The notes: a model not told the origin generated them from the sequence alone. Numbered from the stretch's first letter, positions 25,076 through 36,300 are shown. The stretch is DNA of 64,000 nt from Glycera tridactyla (GCA_965644265.1 OZ286460.1:96286001-96350000), one strand, 5' to 3'. Numbers and translations: made by a program.

Positions 25076-27042
25076 CCCTTCCGCCATGATATGGCGGAGG
25101 CATACAAATCTGCCTCTCCAAGTAAATTTGACATCTATCTCTGACCGAGATTCATCCGCTGGATGTGGAGAAAATAGTCACCTTTCTCAGCAAGTGAAAA
25201 ATTTCATCGCCAATGTGCAGGAACTATGATAAGAGACCAATAAGCATAAGGTGGCCTTTATAGACAGGTGGTCTTTATAGGGTTGGTCTCTCGAGCAGGT
25301 TCGAATGTATATGCAGGATGGCAGGTGGAAATGACAGGGAGGGCAGGTGAAACTTCCACATCACCTGCGCGAAGGACAACTACGGGAAAAAGGTAATGTA
25401 GAGCCCTGCCAGTGCATGATGATGACCCCCCTTCCCCACCATACATCCTCAAGTCTCACAGCTCTTTCCAATCATCAGTTACACATCCAGCTAGTGTATA
25501 TCTTAATTAACAGTCTCACAAGTCATCTCCCTTCACTCTATCTCCGGCAATCAATATCTGTGTTAAATATATGTGTCACTTGATGTTGCACTGCTCTGAA
25601 TACATGCATTTTCTTGATGAATCAATTTTGCCGATACTGTAAAGTGCTCAAAAATCACTAGACGATATTGTGATGATGGTTGATCTTTCAAGAATGTGGC
25701 TACCACAAAAACATGATGTGCATAGAACTGCGACTGGGTGAGACACATGCAAAGTCGGGGAGTGAAGCATGCCCATCACATAACTGATTGATAAATGATT
25801 TGGATTTAGTGATGTGCCAAAGTTCGACTATTGTCGAATTTGATTCGATTTCTCAGAAAAATCGATTTCTCAAAAAAAAAAAACATTCCAATACCAACTT
25901 GATGTTCGATTATTTGATTTTATAACCACCTGATCCCACAAGACTGTTTATTTTGATGGTGGATACATCAACATCTGACCACTATATTAGCTCACCTCAG
26001 CCCCAACTTGAATCTCCGACCCCTCCCAGCTACATGCTGGAACAAATGTGATCTATGAGTGAATGGAAAATAATTGGTTACCATGGAAACTCAGTGAGGC
26101 TTGGTACAAGGCAAGTTCTCAGTTTCTGATGTTATTGGCCCGACCGCTAAATATCATTTCCTTAATTACTTTCTTAATAATTCCCATTTACACTTGTAAT
26201 CCAAAATCTCCTTGAAAGTGGTTGAGTTTGCAAAGGAGTACAGTCGAACCTCCTCTAAAGACCACCTCTCTCTAAAGACCACCCTGAGCTGCAATCTTGG
26301 TAGTACAGTAAAAGCTGTTTTGGGAGACCCCTCTTTTGGGAAACCACCCTCTAATGGGAGACTGCTCATTATCGGCTCTTCTCTATCTGACATAGTCAAA
26401 TATACCTCCAATGAGAGACTACCTGTCTTGAGAGACCATTTCTAATTGGCATTTGGGGCGGTCTCCCAAGACAGGTTTTACTGTATTGCCAACAGTAAAT
26501 TACCTCCCTATAAAGACCACCTCCCTATTAAGTCTACTTTTCGATGCAACCAAAGGCAGTCCTAATAGAGAGTTTTGACTGCAATATACAATGGGGGATG
26601 GGGCTGAATAGAGGAATTTGCATGAGTCCGAAATATGGTAAAAATCAAACATTGCTTGAAGTTCGTTTGGTTTTGAAAATCAAACTTCAAATGTGAAAAA
26701 AAAATTGCACTGCCACAGGACAGTGACTTGAAACAAAATTCATACTGACATTGCCAGTAAATAACAGAAAGACCCCTGACAATGAGCTACAATCCAGAAG
26801 TCAATTTCGATGACAATTCTCTGACAACTTTCTGAGTTCTTCCACAGTTTTTAGTGCTTTTGAAAGGTGGCCACACTGCATCAGTGTGCCTGTGCTATTC
26901 AATCAGTTGGTTGGACACGGTGCACCAATGATCAAGTGAGCAGGTGTCTACCGGCGAATTCTACTCGAATGGACAAAATATATCATATCTTTAGGTATTC
27001 AACTCACGCAGAAACTTCTTTCCCACTCAGAACCTGTGCCAT
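1..27042 (-). CDS. MTHFD1: C-1-tetrahydrofolate synthase, cytoplasmic (methylene-THF dehydrogenase/cyclohydrolase + start of formyl-THF synthetase); spliced, 3' part lies outside the window
   Basis: Exons (minus): 27042-27008, 21187-21103, 19327-19214, 17748-17689, 17214-17138, 16380-16280, 12769-12633, 11462-11351, 1913-1747, 1240-1185, 162-<1. All are GT-AG and in frame. They give [21 protein letters not shown]...[11 protein letters not shown]...KDVDGLH...[10 protein letters not shown]...[11 protein letters not shown]...VIDCGIN...[16 protein letters not shown]...[14 protein letters not shown]...LYGKKKAKV, collinear with human MTHFD1 as recalled. No mitochondrial leader. Confidence 0.97.
1185..1240 (-). 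CDS. MTHFD1: MTHFD1 exon 10 (interdomain linker)
   Basis: 56 nt, [19 protein letters not shown]. Confidence 0.88.
1747..1913 (-). CDS. MTHFD1: MTHFD1 exon 9
   Basis: 167 nt, starts phase 1, [56 protein letters not shown]. Confidence 0.95.
2524..2700. mobile_element. pogo/Tc1-type MITE
   Basis: TA-CAGTCAAACCTGT...ACAGGTTAGACTG-TA. Confidence 0.75.
2782..3340. repeat. degenerate minisatellite (CATATTTGGTACAAATCAGATG core) interrupted by a dispersed repeat
   Basis: About 10 core copies; the insert at about 2815-2945 resembles 21600-21720 and 44440-44540. Confidence 0.75.
3500..3750 (+). repeat. dispersed repeat, second copy on the minus strand at about 63060-63300
   Basis: AAAGCTAGATGT..CCCTGCAGACATCACTCTCACAAACCCT..GGCATATCT.ACTATGTAACT shared. 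Confidence 0.75.
4683..5290. repeat. exact 304-bp tandem duplication
   Basis: 4683-4986 equals 4987-5290; identical ORFs in the track (4734 and 5038). Confidence 0.95.
4715..4936. mobile_element. CAGGGC-ended MITE with 5-bp TSD (hAT5-like); duplicated at 5019-5240, relative at 60980-61186
   Basis: CAGGGCTCTACGCTAA / TTAGCGTAGAGCCCTG TIRs, CATTG direct repeat flanks. Confidence 0.75.
7201..7760 (+). mobile_element. 3' fragment of the same LINE family, antisense in MTHFD1 intron 8
   Basis: Collinear with 47605-48197 ([44 protein letters not shown]); ends ATACCAGGA at an N gap. Confidence 0.9.
7761..7894. other. assembly gap (others at 29687-29853, 32472-32845, 38833-39032, 48198-48355)
   Basis: N runs. 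Confidence 0.99.
8153..8791 (-). CDS. pogo/Tigger (TIGD/CENP-B-like) transposase-derived DNA-binding region; candidate cassette exon inside MTHFD1 intron 8
   Basis: Open 213-codon segment: [13 protein letters not shown]...(psq-type HTH), [10 protein letters not shown]...[15 protein letters not shown]...[15 protein letters not shown] (CENP-B/Tc5 HTH), KMEETGL (degenerate NxDETG). Flanked by TTTCAG| and G|GTGAGT; lies within ORF 8145-8969. The homology is solid, the splicing is inferred. Confidence 0.75.
9436..9450 (-). CDS. candidate 15-nt microexon (D-D-S-K-S-G) in MTHFD1 intron 8
   Basis: CTTACTTTCTATTTTGTCTAG|ATGATTCAAAGTCAG|GTGAGT: strong acceptor and consensus donor, phase 1-1. Confidence 0.5.
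10202..10629. mobile_element. MITE with about 30-bp imperfect TIRs
   Basis: TTATATACTGGCGTATCGCGGTTGTACG vs CGTACACCCGCGATACTACAGTATATAA. Confidence 0.65.
11351..11462 (-). CDS. MTHFD1: MTHFD1 exon 8
   Basis: 112 nt, [37 protein letters not shown], ends phase 1 (G|GTAGG). Confidence 0.95.
12633..12769 (-). CDS. MTHFD1: MTHFD1 exon 7
   Basis: 137 nt, [46 protein letters not shown] (Rossmann GRSKIVG motif). Confidence 0.95.
12832..12955. repeat. (TG)n/(TGCG)n microsatellite
   Basis: seen directly. Confidence 0.95.
16280..16380 (-). CDS. MTHFD1: MTHFD1 exon 6
   Basis: 101 nt, [33 protein letters not shown]. Confidence 0.94.
16391..16560. mobile_element. pogo/Tc1-type MITE abutting the MTHFD1 exon 6 acceptor
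   Basis: TA-CAGTCGAACCTG start, family motifs; right end degenerate. Confidence 0.6.
16650..16729. mobile_element. 80-bp hAT-type MITE with 8-bp TSD
   Basis: CTGGGCTCTAC...GTAGAGCTCTG flanked by CTGAAAAC direct repeats. Confidence 0.7.
17138..17214 (-). CDS. MTHFD1: MTHFD1 exon 5
   Basis: 77 nt, [26 protein letters not shown]. Confidence 0.93.
17689..17748 (-). CDS. MTHFD1: MTHFD1 exon 4
   Basis: 60 nt, [20 protein letters not shown]. Confidence 0.93.
18202..18857. mobile_element. Tc1/pogo-type MITE (CCGTA TIR)
   Basis: TIR CCGTATTCTCCCTAATTAGTGCCCC, perfect over 25 bp, TA TSD. Confidence 0.82.
19214..19327 (-). CDS. MTHFD1: MTHFD1 exon 3
   Basis: 114 nt, [38 protein letters not shown]. 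Confidence 0.93.
19350..19525 (+). mobile_element. L2/CR1-type reverse transcriptase relic
   Basis: Translates [45 protein letters not shown], typical [12 protein letters not shown] region with stops. Confidence 0.8.
20345..20988. mobile_element. hAT5-like MITE with 5-bp TSD
   Basis: CAGGCCTCGACA...TGTCGAGCCCTG, GATTG on both sides. Confidence 0.7.
21103..21187 (-). CDS. MTHFD1: MTHFD1 exon 2
   Basis: 85 nt, [33 protein letters not shown] boundaries. Confidence 0.92.
23062..23451. mobile_element. hAT-type MITE with 8-bp TSD
   Basis: TAGTGTTA...TAACACTA termini, flanked by GTAAACAC on both sides; a related older copy follows at about 23478-23700. Confidence 0.85.
24136..25107 (-). mobile_element. 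Helentron-associated non-autonomous element (HINE/DINE-1-like)
   Basis: subTIRs ATGCCTCCGC (24163-24172) and GCGGAGGGCAT (about 25094-25104); terminal hairpin GTGTCC-ATA-GGACAC; inverted repeat CCGCCAT-GAT-ATGGCGG next to (CA)n; about six internal 120-150-bp tandem units. Confidence 0.75.
24998..25074. repeat. (CA)n microsatellite
   Basis: seen directly. Confidence 0.98.
26241..26581. mobile_element. pogo/Tc1-type MITE(s)
   Basis: TA-CAGTCGAACCTCC start, AAAGACCACC repeats, GTTTTGACTG end; second related end near 26483. Confidence 0.7.
27008..27042 (-). CDS. MTHFD1: MTHFD1 exon 1 ([12 protein letters not shown])
   Basis: ATG at 27042, donor GC|GTGAGT, phase 2 matches exon 2. Confidence 0.9.
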
Positions 27043-27157
27043 CTTCGGATGTCAGCCTTGCAATTCGAGCAAAACGCGAAAACGTGACGGGCCAGTTGCA
27101 CCCTGCCCTGGGGAGAGACAAAATGTAGGTCAAGTAATTTCTTTTTCGATCACCAGG
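27043..27157. promoter_or_regulatory. probable MTHFD1 promoter/5' UTR region, possibly bidirectional
   Basis: Directly upstream of the MTHFD1 ATG, CpG-containing; divergent LRRC74-like gene follows. Confidence 0.45.
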
Positions 27158-27289
27158 ATGTACTCTTCATCAAGAGCGACCCCTTTTGTCCTCAGTGGGA
27201 ATAGACTGGTTCGCGCCGACGACGCTAGGTGGTGTCGGCGCCGAAGAAAATCATATGAAGAATGCTCTAAATGTGGCTCAGTGAAAGAT
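27158..27289 (+). CDS. possible first coding exon of the LRRC74-like gene
   Basis: ATG...GAT|gttcgt, 44 codons, phase 0 compatible with exon 30095; no recognisable homology. Confidence 0.3.
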
Positions 27290-29182
27290 GTTCGTGTCTC
27301 GTTCCTGGTGGTCAACTATGGTTTGAAATGTCATCTGGTGTGTCTGTAACTTTAATATGCTTTTACAGTCGGTTGGAGGCCACAAAGAGGCTTTTAAATG
27401 GGCCACCCCTGTTCAGTGTATGGGTGTCACAATATAGCACACATGACGCTCTCATAGCATTGCCCCCCCCCCCCACACTTAATCTCCTAGTAGATTCTCT
27501 ACAATTTGGATTGCCTCCAAATGTGATGATGAAATTTTAAAGAGTCTTTGGCTCTTTGTGAACTAACTTTGCCATGGTATTAGCTTGGTAAACTGTTTTA
27601 GTCGTGTTCGAGTGTTCACATGCTTTTCAGAAGTTTAGCGTGCACCCTCAAGTCCAAAGCGGCAAAAATATCCGGACACCCTGGTTCCTGATGAAGGAGC
27701 TCACGTGCATTTCATCAGTGAAGGTCACTTGAAATGATATGTCATTCCCATCTGATTTTCGAAATGCTTGAAGAAACATTGGCAATTCAAATATGGCATG
27801 TGGCATCAGTAAGACAACATCGTGAAATCTCACAGCTTATTTGTCCATCATACATATCTATCAAATAACATATGGAAATTCACCGTGCCTGAAATCCTCT
27901 TGAAATCAAATAAGTTTTAGCGAACCTGCCAGCTTACCTTCTAGCACCCATCCAATTTCTTTCATTTGTTGCAAATTCTTCAGTATTTATGTCACTTTTA
28001 ATTAACCACACCGCTCCCTCGTCATGGCTTTAATCAGTGATTTCGCCATATCGAGTTGAAATTTCTTCATACACGATGAATTTGTCATATCATATATATA
28101 TATTGTGGACAGAGTAGTAACAGTCAAATGATATACAATCTCGAACATATAAGTTTGAAAATAGCACAATAGAAACGAAAGCGTTTAATACAAAAGAAAG
28201 CATTCGAAAAGATATAGTGGGAATTTGACCATGCTTAGCCTATCCAGGCCAAAAATCCTTATTGCGTGAAAAGCTTACTTTTCATCTCTCTTGTGAAGAT
28301 CTTCTAACCAAGAAAATGAAAAAGAATAATACGATCGCATCAGTAGATCCCAAGTTATTGGAATTTTAGGGAACCAGATTTTGGAGTTTTCTGTGAACTA
28401 GTTGAATCCCTTATTCTGGGCTGAATTTCTCGGTAAATGTACCATCTTCAAGTACAATATTTGGACAACATATTACTTCTATAGGCATATAATTCTTCAG
28501 CCTATTCACAATGAGTAGGTGTATTCCCTCGCGCCATAGTCAAATGTGACCCGGGGGATTTGGTGATATTTTCTGCATACCCAGAAAGTGCTCATCATGT
28601 CAAATGTGCATGTTCGGCCTTGGTCATTTTCACAGACAGTCACGTGAAATAGGTAAAATCTGGTTTTTGGAAAACTGTTCAAGCAGAGATCATAGGAACT
28701 TGCTCTCAACACCAAACAAATAGATATATTCTTTCCTATGAAATATTTCTTTGAATATGAGAATCAGCACAAATATTTTTGGCCCCACCGAATAATGATA
28801 GAATTTCCACCAAATGGTTGATATTTTGATTACATTGTGTAACAGGAAAATCTTTCAAGTTGATAGAAAGCCAAGCTGTGCTGATTCACATCAATGCTGA
28901 TTGATTTGTGGGATTTTTTTACGGAAAAAGATCCACACACAAAAATTAGAATCTCATACAGAACTATATAACAACAACAACTTCTTGTATGGACATTTTT
29001 CTTCAAGATCAAAAATATTCGAAAACTAGTTTTTGGTGCATGTGAGAAATTTAGGAGTTTTTGCTCATCGTTTGGTATCTTGTGCAACGATTGGTTAGTT
29101 GGTTTACATCCATTGATCACCATCTGGGACATGGGTTCTGGGTTTGAGGTCATGCGTGAATTAGAATTGTCTGAAGATATTT

Positions 29183-29280
29183 CGTCGTCTCAGTGGTAGC
29201 ATGCTGGGCTGGCGTGCAATGGGTCTGGGGTTCAATCCCTGGTCATACCATGCAGGAATGTTTCACCCTTCATCTTCGCT
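29183..29280 (+). mobile_element. tRNA-derived SINE head (not a functional tRNA)
   Basis: A-box-like TCTCAGTGGTAG and B-box GGTTCAATCC at tRNA-like spacing; no acceptor stem. Confidence 0.5.
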
Positions 29281-30094
29281 CCTCCTTGGCAGGTGGTCTG
29301 ATTTAGCCTACTCAAGTGCAGGAAGTGGACCTAAAACCTTAACATTTCATTTCGCCGATCAAGGTCTTCGACCCTCTAGTTGAAGGATGGTCCTCAACTT
29401 GAATGAAACGACCCACCCGCCACAGCTATGATGCTATCATACAGATAAAGTCTGTTGACAGTAGGTGATAGACAATCTCGTTCGGCTGACTTCGCCCTAG
29501 CAACATGGCCCCGTTGTAGCAACCGGCATCGGCAATCATTTTTGGAGAGATACATTTTGCCGTTTTACCAGGTACCGTCTTTTATCTTTGGGTGTCCACC
29601 GTCTCATGCATTTCCCGATTCAGCGCCAGGTATTGGAACATATATCATTGTTGTGAGTAGTAGTGCCGTCTTCATTATGCCGCCATNNNNNNNNNNNNNN
29701 NNNNNNNNNNNNNNNNNNNNNNNNNNNNNNNNNNNNNNNNNNNNNNNNNNNNNNNNNNNNNNNNNNNNNNNNNNNNNNNNNNNNNNNNNNNNNNNNNNNN
29801 NNNNNNNNNNNNNNNNNNNNNNNNNNNNNNNNNNNNNNNNNNNNNNNNNNNNNGCAGCAGCCAGGGACGGATCCAGGGGCCCGCCCCTTTCAGTCTGACC
29901 ATAACTTTTTTTATTTTTTCTATCCACCTTTCCCAGCACTTGGGCATGTTTGGTGCCCCCCCCCCCCCTTCTTCGACATTTGTGGAACGCCACTGACAGC
30001 AGCACTAGCATCACCATCTTCATCTCCATCACCACCAAGATCATCAACATCATCACCACCGCCACCATCGACATCTTCCCTTCCATGCGTCTAG

Positions 30095-30301
30095 ATGATG
30101 TCGACGTTTGCGACTCCTGCCACTACACCTCCACCTATTGTTTATGTCCACGATGACATCCTCACCTATAGGAATATCTGCAGAAAGATGAGACTCACTC
30201 CTTCCTCTCGGATTATCGCTAATCTGATGGATCCAACACTAAATCTTGCCTACCATGGACTCGGAGACAGGGGTCTGTCAGCTCTATTTCTTACTCTAAC
30301 T
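30095..30301 (+). CDS. LRRC74-like exon
   Basis: 207 nt, ...DDILTYRNICRKMRLTPSSRIIANLMDPTLNLAYHGLGDRGLSALFLTLT|gtaagt. Confidence 0.85.
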
Positions 30302-33300
30302 GTAAGTATAGACATTAACAGCAATACACTGAGTCGCCCACTGGTTAGAGTTACACCTGGTGACAATTATTGGAAATGATTGTGTCTCTCCCCTTTGGTA
30401 GACGACGGACACACTGAATTTATGAAATCTATGATAAAGATAGGCATATAGATTGGCATAGCCTTTCATACTGGTGGATTTTTGTTCGTTATGAGGCATG
30501 ATGCTGAAAATTGCCAGCCGTGGGTGTGATTTCTTAGTGAATCAGTGGATTAAGGTGGCTGTGAGCTGAGACTTTCCTTGCAAGGATTTCTCCGGAACCA
30601 TCGCATGCCGACTGCAAGAAGTTTTTTTTGGAATATACCCTTATCCAGGCTCATTTCCATACTATAATCCATTAAAAATGGCCCGAATTGTGAAAAAATT
30701 AGTGAAATTGACTAAATATTTCAAAATATCATGAACTAAATTAGTTTTTTTTTTGTGGATATGATGAGAAATGGTTTTGGGCAAGTATAGGGCTATAGGA
30801 GGCTATTTACTGTACGCAAAGAATTGCTTGAATGTCCATGACCCATCTTTAATTGGACTTGGTATGTGGTCAGATCAGTGAAAGAGGCAGTATTTTGCCC
30901 ATAGATCATTAATTTATCCAAAAATGAATTTGTTCTCGAAAGTTGAATAATGATGTCTTCTTTTGAATGAAAGCAAAGAATACAGCAGTCACCAGCCTAT
31001 ATTTTGCAGGAACAAATTCCGAATCTTAATAAAATTGATAAAATGTAGATTTTCTATGTCGATTCCTTCATATGTCGTGCACACATTCATGGATATTGCT
31101 TATCATTCTCTCTCACAATTTGCATAAATTTATATATCTTTAGATGGGATAAAGAAGATCTCACCAGGCTGATTTTCTTGCTGAAAATCGCTAACGCATC
31201 CACCCAATCGAGTATGAGGAGCTAATTTTGACCTTTTTGTACTCAGTGACCTTAGAATTCGAGATGGCCGCCTAAAAATTGCTAGGCGTTTTGCTGAAGG
31301 ATGGGAGAGCCTGTACACTAAGATTTAGAGGGCTAGCTCTCAAACTCTTGAAGTTATTGTCTGGAAACCATTTTGACACCATGGCCTGCCATCTATTGTT
31401 TTATCTAGAAGGCTTTGGTTACGAAGTTCTGACTAAAAGATGACTCAATCTCAGCTCCCAAACCCCTTAACAATATAGCAATATAGCGATTTCACCGAGT
31501 TGCCAGGTGCCGAGAGACACCTGGTGGTAATTATTGGAAATGGCCGTGTCTCTCCCTTTGGTAGATGACTGACACAATGAATTAATGACATCTATGATAT
31601 AGATAAGCATAGCCTTTCATACTGGGGGATACTGGGGGATATATATTTGTTTCGAGGCATAATGATGAAAATTGCCTAGCTGTGAGTATGATTTATCAGT
31701 GTTTCAGTGGATCAAATAGCTGATTCTGCAGATCAAGATGGCTGTAGATCAAGCATATGATGTGTACGATGGAATTTTGTACTTCATTAGACATAAATTA
31801 GGATACGAATGATTCATCGAGTTGAATGTATCCTATTGCAGAAAACCACACGGAATTATCTCCCACACTGATTTATATGGTAGTGATAGAAACAGGAAGT
31901 GGAAATCAGCTGACTGCAAGTGCCACATTGTGTAAATACAGTGAACTACCCTTGTTCAAATTCTCGGAACTAAAAGTGTTATCCTCTATACGAGAAACGG
32001 AGTGGCGGGGTGATGATGGTCAACTGAAACGATCCGTATTGGTAATTCAAGTCCAGAAGTATTTTGAACGAATAATTTCCTTTATAACTAAAAACAATGA
32101 AATAATCTTTTTGAGGTTACTCAATCCTATGAGCATATTGCCTTTGTTGGCGGGGAAAGACTCCATTTCAAGTCTTGAACTGAATCCATTTGTTATCAGG
32201 ATAACAAAAACCCGGCGGTCATTGGTATATGGTTCATTCTGTTAATAGTATAATTTCACGGTGGAAAATCTCAACCTCACCGAAAACGGTATGACCCTAC
32301 CTGGATTCCTTAAACTGGGAAAGATGCTGGCACTGAACATCAGTCTCACTTATCTGGTATGTACTGTGTGGGGGGGGGGGGGGACGGACGGACGGACGGA
32401 CAGATAGACCGACAGACGGGCAGACTGACTGACCTTTGGTCAAACAGACAAGACAGATGGATGGGTGGACGNNNNNNNNNNNNNNNNNNNNNNNNNNNNN
32501 NNNNNNNNNNNNNNNNNNNNNNNNNNNNNNNNNNNNNNNNNNNNNNNNNNNNNNNNNNNNNNNNNNNNNNNNNNNNNNNNNNNNNNNNNNNNNNNNNNNN
32601 NNNNNNNNNNNNNNNNNNNNNNNNNNNNNNNNNNNNNNNNNNNNNNNNNNNNNNNNNNNNNNNNNNNNNNNNNNNNNNNNNNNNNNNNNNNNNNNNNNNN
32701 NNNNNNNNNNNNNNNNNNNNNNNNNNNNNNNNNNNNNNNNNNNNNNNNNNNNNNNNNNNNNNNNNNNNNNNNNNNNNNNNNNNNNNNNNNNNNNNNNNNN
32801 NNNNNNNNNNNNNNNNNNNNNNNNNNNNNNNNNNNNNNNNNNNNNCATATCTGACCATACAACTCAGTATAATTGAAGATATCCCAAGGTCCGCCTACTA
32901 AAATACGTCTTAAGAGGAACCCTCAGTGGTATTTCCCACTATGAGCCGCACCTCTATAAAGAAGACCACCTGTCCACTAAACCCTCTTCTTTGCGCAATC
33001 CAGTATTGCTTTTGTAGAACGGACCATATATGTTTGCTTCAGAATCTTTCAGATAATGAACCTGGTCGTGAAGGAATCCGGAATCTCGCCGAAGCCCTCC
33101 GAACCAACAGAACTTTGTCTACTCTAATATTGAAAGGTAAATCACGATGCATCAACATCAATTCAAAATTTGTGAAAAACTTATATAAGCCGCCCAGACA
33201 CCCCTGCCATCATGAAGATCGGACGTTAACCCTTAGAGACTGGTTCCAGGTCTGAATATTTCTTCAAATGTCCACCATACTTCGAATAAAGCCAATCAGA

Positions 33301-36300
33301 CATCATGAAGATCGGTCATTTGATTTTTTCATTTTGACACTTTTTCATTATCTTCAAATACAATTAGATACATATATACAGCATTCATTTTTAGGATGAC
33401 GCTACATAACGAACAAAAACACACAAAACAAGAAATTTCTTCAAAAAGAAGAATGGTCGTCGATTTACAGTGGAGAAGTGGTAATTTAAAAGGAAAAATG
33501 AATGAAGTGGAGAGAAAGAAAGAGAGAGAGCCTGTGTTTGTGTTCTCCAAAGAACAAATAGACTGGTTATCACCTCTCGAACTGCGTATATAACGAAAGA
33601 AAACATCAAAATCTTGCCCCACGTGAACTAGCTCGAAGTGATTCCTCCTCATTTCGCCATAAAACGTATTTTTCGACTTGTAAAGCAGCATGAAGAAACT
33701 CGCGATCGCCATCTTGGTATTTCTACAATCGAAGCATATGATGACGGAATTTGCCTCCAACAAAGAAATAGACTGGTTATCACCTCTCAAACTGCGTATA
33801 TAACGAAAGAAAACATCGAAATCTTGCCCCACGTGAACTAGCTCGAAGTGATTCCTCCTCATTTCGCCATAAAACGTATTTTTCGACTTGTAAAGCAGCA
33901 TGAAGAAACTTTGGCCGGCTTTGTTGACAGCTTGTCAAACACGTGGGTTCCGCGAATTCTCACATCGCCTATCAAGGCTAAAATACCAAAGAAATATTGA
34001 ACTCACGGTGAAGACGATTACACGATTGAATCACGGATATCCGATTGTATATACTCCTATGTATAAATTCCGAGAATCCGTCGAATATTCGCCAGAAACA
34101 GTGGAGATGTCAAGCGGGCCGTGTTAGGTTTGGCCTCCTTGTTTCATTCGTGAGTTCGGCTTCCTCGTGTTCCGAAACCTGCGCAGACGCTCTAAAATCG
34201 TCTTCTGCGCACATTGTTGACATCTCGCGACGAGAGCCCCATGAAAGCAGGTGGCTGATTGGTGGATTTCGCCGCGATTCCGGCAATTTGGCCAATCAGT
34301 GAACGCGACACGAATAAATTATTTATAAACTATTATGGGATGGATCGCCGCCTCATTTGCATATCGAAATAATGACGTCACCGGAAAGGCTTCCCCGAGA
34401 AATTCCGCCCTCTCTATCCGTAAGTGTCGCTTTCTTCGTCATATTTTTCGTTTCGAACGTTCTCACGCAGTCATTTATCGATTTTATCAAGATTTCTCTG
34501 TATTTCACGCAAGAAGTAAAGTTTCGCACACAAATCGCATATTTTTCAGGAAGGGCCGATCTAATTCTGATGATTCCAAAAGCATCTTTCACAAAGGGTC
34601 GTACTCAGACTGTGTCGTCTATCAATGTCTACTTTCGCACGTTTCTCTACGGAGTCCTCCACAAAACCAGGCGATTTTATCGTCTACATTGAGAGGGAAT
34701 CCCAAAGTGAAAATAGTACCGTCTCCGACGGAAAAATACGATACAATGTAAATGATTGATGAATATTTACAATGCAGATGAAGATGAAGATGGATGATAT
34801 GAGGGTGAATGATATGTGATACGGCCAATACATTCAATTTACGCCATTCCGATAACCAAACCCTTTTAGACTGATTCCAGCTCTGATTACTGTTTTTTCC
34901 CGCTTTTGTGATAATGACGGTTTGCAGTGGCTGTCCTAATAGAAGATTTGGCCCGTGGGGCCCAACACATGTCACAATTACCACAGTATGACGGTCATCC
35001 ACACGGCTGTGCACTCCTTCACATTCTGATGGTGAGGAGGGGAGGGGGGAGCTGGTGGCTGTATTGAGTTACAAACCCTTGCATGGTCCAGCTCTGCCGG
35101 CTGCATACCTGCGCTCCTCTACACATAGGCAGGTCATTAATGACCAACACTAATTACACCCTGGTAACCTGGCGCATATTTCATTTTTCATTTGTTGGGG
35201 GGGGGGGGGGGGTAGACGTGTTGAACCTTGTTACTCTGTTCGTATCATATATCATATGGTCCTGATAAGTTTCTTCTTGGGGGCTGCTTCTATATATGCC
35301 CAAAACATACTTTTAACAGACGTTAGGGATCTATTATTCGCAGGTTGCCGAATCAAAGATTCCGACGGCGAGGCTATTGACATAATCATCAAAGTAATTA
35401 ATGACCCACACTAATTACACCCTGGTAACCTGGCGCATATTTCATTTTTCATTTGTTGGGGGGGGGGGTAGACATGTTGAACCTTGTTACTCTGTTCGTA
35501 TCATATATCATATGGTCCTGATAAGTTTCTTCTTGGGGGCTGCTTCTATATATGCCCAAAACATACTTTTAACAGACGTTAGGGATCTATTATTCGCAGG
35601 TTGCCGAATCAAAGATTCCGACGGCGAGGCTATTGACATAATCATCAAAGTAAGTAATGAGTAGAGAACGAATCGTTCATCATCATCATCATCATCAACA
35701 ATAACTTATGACAACAACAGCAATAATATTAACAACAACAGCAATAATAATAACAGCAGGTCAACATAAGCACTTCAATAGTATCGGTCAGTTGCGTTCT
35801 CGATTTGTCAAATGCTGTTCTCACGATTCAGGGCTGTACGAGCTTTTCATTACTATTGTATGAATATTGCAGGAGAACCACAGATTACGGAACATAGATT
35901 TGAGCTATAACGAGTTGTGCGAAGAAGGACTGTTGGTCATCGAGAGCTCCTTGGGTATGTTCTCATATCATATCTTACCGAGGCTTATGCTTGAATATAA
36001 TGGAACAGAGCAGAGGCTGCAGTTATCCATATCCTTCACAGTCGAATTGGTGGTATCTTTATACAATACTGGGAAGTGCTGAGTATATCCATGCTTGAGA
36101 GACTAGATCCGCTGTAAAAAAATATCTACATATCTACATATTGCTAAAGCAGAAGAACAGTCCTTCTCAACTAGAGCCCCTGCCTACATGGAATCACATC
36201 CCAAATGATATCAGAGATGCTTGAACACTGACAAAATTCAAACAGCACCATGGGCATATCTATCTATGAAATATGAGTTCAAGTGAGAAGAAAGCACATA

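Larger units (their letters stand above)
35137..35653. repeat. about 260-bp tandem duplication containing an exon
   Basis: 35137-35397 vs 35398-35653; two substitutions and G16 vs G11. Confidence 0.93.

Noticed and set aside
29183-29260. tRNA gene
   Set aside because: A/B boxes are present but no cloverleaf or acceptor stem forms; SINE head
29462-29571. Extra 5' exon of the LRRC74-like gene
   Set aside because: The donor phase fits but I found no compatible upstream exon or homology; unresolved
32297-32901. ORFs containing X runs (also near 7760, 29690, 38830, 48200)
   Set aside because: Artefacts of N gaps
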